DNA from: Catajapyx aquilonaris
Taxonomy: Eukaryota
NCBI GenBank assembly: GCA_000934665.2
Contig: JYFJ02004031.1
Coordinates: 1-35,451 of the forward strand
Direction of reading: 5' to 3'
Length of the DNA: 35,451 nucleotides
The notes beneath the pieces were generated by a model that saw nothing but the letters and a program-made list of their open reading frames with translations, searched no databases and had not been told where the DNA came from. How positions within the stretch are numbered: position 1 is the stretch's first letter; the number at the start of each line of letters is the position of its first letter. This document shows, in pieces, positions 1 to 8,928 of this stretch. Both the position numbers and the translations under genes were made by a program.

Positions 1-154
1 TTCCTTGCGACATTATTTCTGGTGGCCACGGTTTCCGTTGCCAAAGCACCCAGTTCGCCGGAACTGCCGTCACTTCCAGACGGTATAAACACACCTTTAG
101 GGGGGAAGTTTGTTTTGCCTGGAACTCTTTGCTTTTCATTTTACTGTGCTCTTT

Positions 155-342
155 GGGATAGGATAGGGACGGAAGGAAGCGGCTGTGGCCTATTAATTAC
201 GGAAGCAGCTCCAGAATTTTCCTGGAAGGACCATGGGAAACCACAGAAAACCACGGTCAGAATTGCTGGCCCCGGGATTCGAACCCAGGACCTCCCGATT
301 AGCAGTCGGACGCCTAATCCACTATGCCAACCTGCTTCGGTC
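155..342 (-). mobile_element. tRNA-derived SINE, in the putative Nup214 intron
   Basis: Seen: the minus strand reads GACCGAAGCAGGTTGGCATAGTGGATTAGGCGTCCGACTGCTAATCGGGAGGTCCTGGGTTCGAATCCCGGG. It has a Pol III A box (TGGCATAGTGG, 319-329), a B box (GGTTCGAATCC, 275-285) and an anticodon-like loop CTGCTAA. A non-tRNA body (GTGGTTTTCTGTGGTTTCCC...GGCCACAGCCGCTTCCTTCC) and a short CCTAT-repeat tail follow. Known: this head-body-tail layout is typical of arthropod tRNA SINEs. Confidence 0.8.
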
Positions 343-537
343 TACTATACATGGTTTAAGACGTTTACAAACTACCTGAAGGAAAGGAAAAACATGCACA
401 GATAAGAAGGTACAAATATATGGAAACTTCATCATAAATGTGAGTGGGGTTGGAGTGTGCATGCAAAACCCAGGGGTGAGTAAATCTCCTCATACGCATC
501 CTTTGGGGCATTACAAGTGATTAGAGATGATATAAAG

Positions 538-1142
538 GGGTGTGGGTCATTTCACCGACACCCACCCGGCCGACAGGCCATGTCACCGACAGACATTTCA
601 CCGACAAGGAGGTTCCCCGACAGGGCGTTTCACCGACAGTCATTTGATCGACAAATTTACCCACACAATTCCGATATGAAAACCATCCAGTCACTGGAGA
701 GACGGGGTCCAGATCACACCTCATTTTCGCAGCGCCCCTTATGGAAGAAACCACCTGACAGATGTATCCCGTTTCTATAAATTATAAACGGAGCATACAT
801 TTCCAATTACATTGCATGAATGAAATACTTGTAGTCAGACACCCGGACAACAACTGCTTACCGGGGAAGCTGTAGGTGACGACCTGATTCGCTAAAAGAT
901 ATTCTCGTGGGAAACATGAAAATGAGGTGTGATCTGGACCCCATCTCTCCAGTGACTGGATGGTTTTCATATCGGAATTGTGTGGGTAAATTTGTCGATC
1001 AAATGACTGTCGGTGAAACGCCCTGTCGGGAAACTCCTTGTCGGTGAAATGGCTTGTCGGTGGAATGGGTATGTTGGTGAAATGAGTATGCCGGTGAAAT
1101 GGCCTGTCGGCCAGGTGGGTGTTGGTGAAATGACCCGCTCCG
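538..1142. mobile_element. Non-autonomous foldback element, Mutator-like (Phantom/Rehavkus/FB type), with long TIRs made of tandem subrepeats
   Basis: Seen: arm 538-728 is the reverse complement of arm 918-1142. Both contain ~15-bp CATTTCACCGACAnn-type subrepeats, with about two extra units in the right arm. The 9-bp direct repeat GATATAAAG flanks the element (529-537 and 1143-1151). The ~190-bp spacer has no transposase. Known: a 9-bp TSD plus long internally repeated TIRs points to the Mutator superfamily. Confidence 0.85.
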
Positions 1143-1282
1143 GATATAAAGCACTTGCAAGAATGTGCATACATTACGTGCATATAATACACCATGTTGA
1201 TGTACTTTAGTTTCTGCACAAGGTCGCAGAACCAAACCCATGCGGACAAAATGGGCTGATAGTATTTAGTTTTCCTCATATA

Positions 1283-1687
1283 CACTGTACTCCCGATTAT
1301 CCGGGCTAATGACTGCACGAGTGTTACCAGATAATCGGAAAACAGTCTTAGTCCCCGTAAAAAATGAGTTATTCACAGGTTTTTAATGTACTACTGTATG
1401 GAGAGTATGCTGCTTGGCTGAATCAAAATAATAAAACTTAGCATAGATTTTTACTTTTTGTCTTCTAGAAAAAGTATTATATTTCTTCGTTGGCGAGACA
1501 AATTGACGGTGGGTGGAATTTTCATTCCACTGCTAGGTACTGCTAATTTAGTAGTACCAGTGTTGGCACTGGTAGGTCTACTGCTAACTTAGCAGTACCT
1601 AGCTGTGGGACAAAAATTTACATTTTTTCGGACTTTAAATTTAAATTTAATATTTTGGGCAATGCACGGATAATCAGGAGTGCAGTG
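1283..1687. mobile_element. MITE, Tc1/mariner superfamily (pogo/Tigger-like TIRs)
   Basis: Seen: left TIR CACTGTACTCCCGATTATCCG (1283-1303) and right TIR CGGATAATCAGGAGTGCAGTG (1667-1687) match 19/21 as inverted repeats. TA flanks both sides (1281-1282, 1688-1689). The interior is AT-rich and non-coding. Confidence 0.8.
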
Positions 1688-2124
1688 TAATTACCAGTCA
1701 GTCATCAATTACATCATACCAAATATTTCTAGCACTTGTTTTGGTATAACTAGAATACTAGATTGCCCAAAAATTGACGTGATGTTGCATAGCAGCAACA
1801 TCAGTTGTAACAGTTCACAAGTACAAGCTCATGATCAGCTATAACAGATATTGCAGTTTTGGCTAATGCCACATGCTTCTTGAATGCTTCTTGAAACTGC
1901 CTTGCTGGGATCCAGCAGCAATCAAAGCTACATAAGTGTAAGCAAAACTGGCGACTTGTGCTTCACTTCCTCACTCACATTGAAATGAGAAAATTCTTCA
2001 AAATAAATCAAGAAATAAATTTAAACATCTGCATGTTAAATGATTGAATTAAGTACAGGATATACCGGGATAGGCCCTGAACAAAGCAGCAGATTTTGTG
2101 TTCATTTCAGAATGGAGAACATAC

Positions 2125-4826
2125 TTGTCCATGAGGTTGACTTTAGGTGGGCCTCCTCCTCCTCTCACTGCAGGAGTGGCCATGTCTGCAGGGATGGGTG
2201 CCCTTGCACCCTCAGCAGGTAGGGGTTCAGATGGTTTACAGATAATGGGAGCATTGGGCTGCAGATTGACCACACTGAATGGGCACAGGGCTCCATCAGT
2301 GGTGAGTAGGTGCAGCATGGGCATTGGAGGTAAAGTCTGGTTCTCACCTGAAGAAGGAAATGTCCATATAAACGTAATGTTACTTTGTGCATCCTGCTTT
2401 GTATAGTCCAAAATTTCAGTGATTGTTCAGCCTCTCTTTAACAATTTCAACCAATCATGAAGAGGTTGGTTGGCTTTCTTTGGCTTTGATTAGATTACGG
2501 TACCGGTAGCAATAAAGTCTCACCCCACACAAGTGGCCTCTGTACTGCAGTGTCCAAACCCATCCCAATTGGGTAAGTTTCAACCCTATTGACAAATGGG
2601 ATTGAAGCCCTTGAGTCACCATCTTGATTCCAAAGTTGCCACTGGGTCTTATCTTCGGCGATGGGACCAAAGACGCAAGTGTCAACTGCATTGCTTGATG
2701 TACATATTATAACGCTCCTGGAAAAATGTTATTGAAAAATCATTTTCTAAACTATAATAATTCCACTTCGTAATTTTCTAAATGAACTTTTTATCTACTG
2801 ATCAGAGTTCAAGTTAATTCTTCCTGTAATAGTACAAGTTCTCACCAGTCAGGTTGATGGAACATGAAAATCTGAGGATGCCGTGTCTGAGCTATGGTGT
2901 AAAATATGTCACTATAGTTGGTAAAGCCAACATTCCCTCCTTTTGGAGTTGACACCAAAACCAAAGCTGTAAGATAAAACAGCATTACAAATATGCAATA
3001 AAAGTAATAGAACAACAGGTGTAAAGTACAACACAAAATGGCGCATTACAATACACATACATGGATGCCATTTTAGTCCTTAAGTTAAGAAAATTGTCTG
3101 TATAATAAAAGGAACCCTGCATTGATGCTGCTTCGCAAACTTGCTGATCTCAAGAGCTGGCCAAAAAATGGTCAGGAGTTGTGCACAGGCATGAAAAATC
3201 AGGCAAAGAAATGGCAGGTGGTCCCACGCATTTTGTGATCAAAAAGCATATTGTTTGTGCTTTGTAGAATAGAGTCAAAGAAAATAAAGTATGTTCACTA
3301 CCATGTTGTTAATAATGGTGACTTCCTTCTCATGATACAAATGTTAAAAAGCCCAGTGAAACAGTAAATTATTTTGCACAGGATATTACAATCATGCTCA
3401 CAGAATACTTGATCATGCTCATCTTTTTAGCACTAAGGACTTACAAGGAGGGCACTCTGCCTCAGAAGCATCCCTGTATGCTGCTAGAAACAAGTAGTTA
3501 GATATCCAAAGGACATTCACCACCGTAACTAAATTCTTAAACTCCTGTGGGCCTGGAGCAGGGAGAGTCTTGACTTCCTTCAAGTCTGGCTTGTATTGGG
3601 TCATCGTTCCATCAGCCTTACCCACAACCAATTGCTTTCCTTTTGGACTCCAGCATAGACAACTAAACGAATGAAATAATACTTGTGAGGTAGTATTCAT
3701 CACTGTGCAAGTAACTTGTCAGAGCTTTACAAAATTCACAGGGATTCAGACAGTGTTTTCAGCAGAGTCAAAGTGGACTTAGCAAGAACACATTTCATTC
3801 CATCTCACACGATGGCAACATTTTAAATCTTCCAAAAGCATAATAATTTTTTGTGAGGTTTGACAGAAAGAATGTAACAGCATAGCTTACGTGGCACCAG
3901 TCGAGTAATTCAGGCTGTGCAGCTCAACATTCTTCCCCTTAACTTCAATCATGGCAACACTACCATCCGAAACGCATGCCACAAAGACGTCAGGCATTGC
4001 TGGGTTCCACATCAGATCTGTCACATTTGTAAGAGGTGTTGCAGATAAGCGGGTCTCCAGAAATGGCCTTGCAAATTGGTCCTGGAAAGGTGCATTCAAA
4101 TCAAGATTATTTTAGGGGGTTCTGTCAGACGAAATTGCTACTTAAATTACAACGAGTATTGCAAACAGATGAATTCTACACTACCAATAGGCCTAACCAT
4201 AAAAAAATTCTGAATGGGTTCAAACATAATTTCCTGCTTTATAACTAAAATGGACAGACACAAACCTTTCCAAGGCTGCGAACATCATAGAGATAAACAT
4301 GCGGGCATGAGTCTCTAGAAAAGACCAGGGACAAGGTCAGCTGGTCACAGCTCAGAGCAATGTGTGTTGCAGCTACAGACAGCAGCACCCTTTGGCAGGG
4401 AAAGTCAGTCGCAGGTTTCCGTCGGATGTTTGGCTCACATTCGTCAGCAGCAGCAATATCGTGTGTCCACAAAACTACAACGCAAATATAATGGAAGTGT
4501 GGCATTCATGTCCTGAGAACGATGACTCCAACCCAACCACACCCAATACCTGCAAGCTGATTCCCTCTGGCAGCAAAGACAAGTCCAAACCGACTGGCAA
4601 CGGCCAGCAAGAAAGTGGGCCTGCTGCCATCTTCGCTTCCTCCTCCCTCTGCGCTTCCTGGAAACACTTGGAGCTGCCTGCACGCCTTGAACACAAAATC
4701 CTGGGAAAACAACAACGGAGGGGGAAATGAACATGCCGCCCTGCAACGGCCACGAGGTGAAAACGCCCCTCTGAAAGTAGTACATACCTGCACGTCTTCC
4801 CTGGCCGATGGAGGCAGGCTGACCAT
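2125..4826 (-). CDS. Nup214: Nuclear pore complex protein Nup214, N-terminal beta-propeller region (first 8 coding exons, ~448 aa; the gene should continue past the left edge)
   Basis: Exons: 4826-4788, 4700-4550, 4474-4266, 4081-3891, 3662-3445, 2966-2846, 2717-2524, 2347-2125. All introns are GT-AG with compatible phases. The joined protein reads MVSLPPSAREDVQDFVFKACRQLQVFP...FLLAVASRFGLVFAA...HIALSCDQLTLS...DLMWNPAMPDVFVACVSDGS...CLCWSPKGKQLVVGKADGTMTQYKPDLKEVK...TYPIGMGLD...LPPMPMLHLLTTDGALCPFSVVN. These match motifs I recall from Nup214 (LLAVSNKYGLVF, CWSPKGKQL, PVLMLLSTDGVLCPF). Coiled-coil and FG exons are not in the window. Confidence 0.93.
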
Positions 4827-5463
4827 GGCTCGAAATGCGAGTGGACTCGAGGCAGCGGCAGAACCCGCAGCACACTCCTTCAACCCTTTCTCGCACGCAA
4901 CGATGGAACGATTTGAAACAGACAAGCGATGCTCAGCTCCTCCAACCGTCTCCTCTGCGCTGCAATATGATGGCAGCCCAAACAGTCCGACCAAATAAGC
5001 ACAGCTGCTACAACGAAAAAACAGCCAAAGTCGCATTCACAGCATTGCATTTAGAGTAACTGCGACTTGCATAGCTGCTTGATTTAAAGCGTATGTTGGG
5101 AGCGTATCCAAATATTCGCTATTACATTGGCTCAATCTTAAACTACTTTTATTATGCAACAGTTGATGTCAATGTCACACAATATTTTTATACCTGATGC
5201 CGTAATAATGCCCACTGTTGAGCAGACGTTTTGTGTTGCAGATAATCAGATATATCACGTCAAAGATGGCGAGCTCGGCAGTCAGAAATCGACTGACCTC
5301 CTAGCTGCAGACGTCCTGTCCTTCGACGTTTCTTCGAATAATGCAAGTACTCGTGTGCACTGCACGTGGTAACCGCGTCACGGTAATGTTACACCACATG
5401 TAAAGAGACCTGTGATCTGAGAAAGGTCACTGGGTCAGTGACTGCCATCCCACTGCCAGAAAC
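4827..5463. promoter_or_regulatory. Probable bidirectional promoter and 5' UTRs of Nup214 and Sin1
   Basis: Seen: only 637 bp separate the divergent ATGs. The interval is CpG-rich relative to the adjacent gene bodies and has a YY1-like AAGATGGCG at ~5263. Promoter function is inferred. Confidence 0.6.
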
Positions 5464-8400
5464 ATGGCACTGTTTGATAACAAGCATTGGCTGCTCTGCA
5501 ACATCAAGCACTCTTTCATGTCTTCAGATGACACAGGTACAATCAGTTAATAATAATAATAAGAAGAAGAAGAAGAAGAAGAATAATAATAATAATAATA
5601 ATAATATACATCTCGTGCAGAAATGTGTGAGGCTGTGATGTTGGGCCTGGACATCCCCCAGCACTTGGCCCCAGTCACCAAGTGTGATTGCTATCCTGAC
5701 CTGTGTGAGGGTGACTCAGAGGATTTAAATGGATCTGCGCGATCTGGCGATATTCAGTCAGACAGCGATTTTGGCAGTCACAGACGGAGGTCCAACACTG
5801 CTCAGAGGCTGGACAAGATGCGGCGGGAGAGAAAGAATGCTGCAAAGGTCAAGACTGTTTATTGGAAGGACCACTCGGCACAACTGAGCCAGGATGACAT
5901 GGCAGAATTATTTGCACCAAAGGAGATTCGGAAGAGGCCAGCCACCATGACCTCTGCGCTGACCACACTGCTGGAAAAATTCCCAGATGCCCACATTAAC
6001 CCATTCATGGAATATGCCAAATTTGATGGAAGTGTAAGCATTTTTATTTACTTAAAAATATGCAGTTAATTTTGCATGTTTCTTATTGCACTCTTTTGGA
6101 TCTGATTGAAACTTGTTGCCGCATATGATGGGAGTATACATGAATGGCATTCTCCATTCCAGACTCATGTAGCTGCCTCCGCCAAGAAAGTAGCCATCTT
6201 CATGACAATGCTGACAGGGGACAAGCGCAACTACCCGCTGCAAGTGGTGGTGGCCAGCAATGCCAAGGTCCATGATGTCATTGGGCTCACCTGTTGGAAG
6301 TGCATGAATCAGTATAAAGACGTTCATCTCAAGTAATGTTTTTCACTCCTTCATGATTTTTTGGGGGTCAAGCATATACTTTGCTCAATTGCGCAGTACA
6401 CTGCATTACTTGCAAAATTGTAACAAAAACATTTCGGAAAAATGATTGCAAGTTTGTATCACTAATGGTAGAAGCATCAGTGTCTGTGTGCCACGTTGTT
6501 GCATTCACTGCCAAATGTTTGTAAAGAATAATGTTTCTAAAGGTGAGTTTTCACAACAATTTAGGTAGCTACGACCACATTATCTGTATTTGAATATGTT
6601 CTCCATGCACTATTAACAAAGTCATTTTGTACTTCAAGGGAAGGAGTTGAGAATTACAGCCTGTACATGGCTGAAGATGATGGGGAAGTTGACTGGGACT
6701 TTCCATGTCTGGATCCTCGTGAGGCCTTTTCAAAGTTTGGCTTCAATGTGTTGGCTCTGGTGGAAAAGCCACCTGAAGAGAAACTTGAAGGGGAGATGAC
6801 CACCATATTTCTGTAAATATTTTGGACAATACATGGAGAATGTACCACCATCACTGTCACTCTGCTAAGGTTTGTTGCTAAATCTCAGTTGCTAATTGCC
6901 TTCACACTTGGCAGGGAGATGACAGACGGGGAGACACTTCAGGTGCAGGCAGATGGGGCCGATGTGACTCTCCACGATGTCCTTGTACGTGCACTTCGCC
7001 AGAGGAAGGGTGGGCTCACCCTTTCCAGTGTGGATCTCAATAGGTACAAGATCCAGAGGAAGACACACCCTGGAGAAAATGTGGACCTTGAACTTTCAGT
7101 GTCCCAAGTTGACTCCCTACACCTCAGGATAGTCAATGAGAACAGTAGGTTTATTTCACTAGTGCAACTCTTGTGCTGTGCTCTAACTGCCTTTCTGCAC
7201 TCTAGCTGAGGTCCAGGAAGCCATGAGTGCCAAAGCCAAGTTCCAAGGACAAGTCCAAGCCATGGCTGCCCCACTTTATGAATCATATCGGGTTTCTCTT
7301 GTACATCGCATGCGTGCAAAAACTGATATACTTTTAGGTAAGTACAGTGTGTCACGCTTATTATTCAATTTGGTCAAATATTAGCAAGGAAGCCAGGGGC
7401 CATCAGAGAGTTGTGATTCTGTTCTGTTCTGGAGGATGGGTGCAAGAAAACCCTAGTGTGACCTTACAATGACAGCCTCCGCTCCATACCCACCAAAATG
7501 TGGGGGCTGATTTAGGAGGGTACCAAAAGCCATGTTGTACACAGCTCAAAAGTAGATGATGATCTGATCATACTTGAACACGATCCAATCACAATATTTT
7601 GTTATTTGTTTGGTATTACTATTATAACAACAGTAATAACAACCCAAATACATACGTTGGGGCTGGCTATACATGTCCTGTTCTTGTATCCATGGACAGG
7701 TGACTTTTCATTTACTTCCATGCATATCTGCATCTGACAATTTCACGACTGGGTCAAGACTCGTGACTGGGTCGTGTCTCATGACAACTTCTTGATAGCA
7801 TGCAGGAATAGACTAAGTTGCCTGCCCACAAACATGAGAACTGGACCTTAAAGTGTTCCCAAGCTTATGAGAAGAATTTTCAAGCGAATATGAGATTTTT
7901 TTAGTGTGAGCAAGAAGTCATCAGATGAATGAAGTTTGAGATTAGGAGTTGCACACTTGAGAAACACCATGTACACTTTTTTGGAAAGTGCACAACCCTT
8001 CGGGCTGAGAAGGCTTCTTGTTCTAACACATATTTTCAAGACAGCCATTTCTCGCAAGCTAGGGAACACAGTTTTACAGTTCATGGGACTGAGAGATGTT
8101 GTAAATGCAGAAATGTGCACATCGAATGAGTTTTTGCCATTCCATTATATTTTGCAACACCACCTCGTTAGGGTACAGTAATATTCACACTTGGATTAAA
8201 CTAGCTGATATCTCCGTTTGGTGAAACACACTTTCAGGGTCATTGACTTATGAAAATCAACTACATAAAAGTCACAATCTCTAGAAGAAAAGAAGCCAAT
8301 GTACAGATTTTAAATACATTATAGTTGAATTTAATAATCTTTTAAAAGTCTCATCTATAAACAAAGAAGTCATTGGCTAATTTAAAAAACGAATCTTATA

Positions 8401-8900
8401 CTTTTTGCACAATGATATGTGCAGCCCTCTTCACTGATGCAAAGGATGCTTCAACAACTGGTCTCATTTGTGGAGATTCCTGTGAGAAACCAAATATAAC
8501 CACTGACACATTGCACTGCATATTTGAAAAACAAACAAACATGCGCAGCATTAGTAATGTTTTTACACATCTCTCAATTGCAGGTATATCAGGAGAAAAG
8601 ATTGAGATCCACCCTGTCCAGCAGAAAGCCTCAAAATTCTGGCCTCGTGCCAAAGCCATTTCGTATGATGTGGGAAGTGTTGAGTCGTGTGACCTGGTCA
8701 GTCCCAAGGGTGGCCCCCAGTCCCAAGGGTTGGTGCGACTAGTACTGAGGTCATCAGAGCATGGGTACAAGAGGCATGAGTTCGAGGCAGATGCAGACAC
8801 AGCACGGGAGATTGTCAAGAAGGTGCACCACATACTAGAGATGAGCTCCAGTGATGTCAGAAAGGATTTCATGGCCATTCAGGCCATGAAAGCACTATAG
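5464..8900 (+). CDS. Sin1: Target of rapamycin complex 2 subunit Sin1 / MAPKAP1 (7 exons, 502 aa)
   Basis: Exons: 5464-5536, 5621-6033, 6163-6332, 6639-6812, 6915-7144, 7206-7337, 8584-8900. They total 1509 nt, are in frame and are all GT-AG. The N-terminus is [31 protein letters not shown], followed by [24 protein letters not shown] and the CRIM segment [37 protein letters not shown]. An RBD-like exon and the C-terminal PH domain ([13 protein letters not shown]...[21 protein letters not shown]) complete it. All are characteristic of Sin1. Confidence 0.95.
5549..5605 (+). repeat. Compound microsatellite (AAT)4(AAG)7(AAT)8 in the first coding intron of Sin1
   Basis: Read directly from the sequence. 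It lies inside the 84-nt intron 5537-5620. Confidence 0.97.
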
Positions 8901-8928
8901 TCACACACGTACAGAAAGTATTGACATA

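Noticed and set aside
1..140. Next Nup214 exon (open minus-strand frame ...KTNFPPKGVFIPSGSDG...)
   Set aside because: There is no acceptor with a polypyrimidine tract in the required phase and no recognisable Nup214 motif. Left unresolved.
270..342. Functional tRNA-Ser(GCT) gene on the minus strand
   Set aside because: A and B boxes are present, but the acceptor stem does not pair well, there is no long variable arm, and the sequence continues into a SINE body.
538..1142. CRISPR-like array
   Set aside because: The units are ~15-bp degenerate tandem repeats without unique spacers, arranged as inverted arms in eukaryotic DNA, and there are no cas genes.
517..1318. ORFs 517-780, 521-754, 782-1318 and overlapping ones as proteins
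   Set aside because: They are translations of the foldback element's subrepeats, and the same peptide appears from both arms.
1801..1927. Alternative terminal exon giving a propeller-only Nup214
   Set aside because: A phase-compatible AG exists, but the 41-residue peptide is unrecognisable and nothing else supports it.
4362..5059. Several overlapping 70-176 aa ORFs around the Nup214 start
   Set aside because: Only parts of the 4506-5036 frame are Nup214 exons 1-2. The rest are alternative-frame or antisense ORFs in GC-rich sequence.
7550..7740. Intronic C/D box snoRNA in Sin1 intron 6
   Set aside because: ATGATGA and CTGA both occur, but at unsuitable spacing and without a terminal stem.
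6939..8878. Minus-strand ORFs 6939-7355, 7848-8120 and 8396-8878
   Set aside because: These are antisense shadows of Sin1 exons or intronic noise, with no splice chain linking them.
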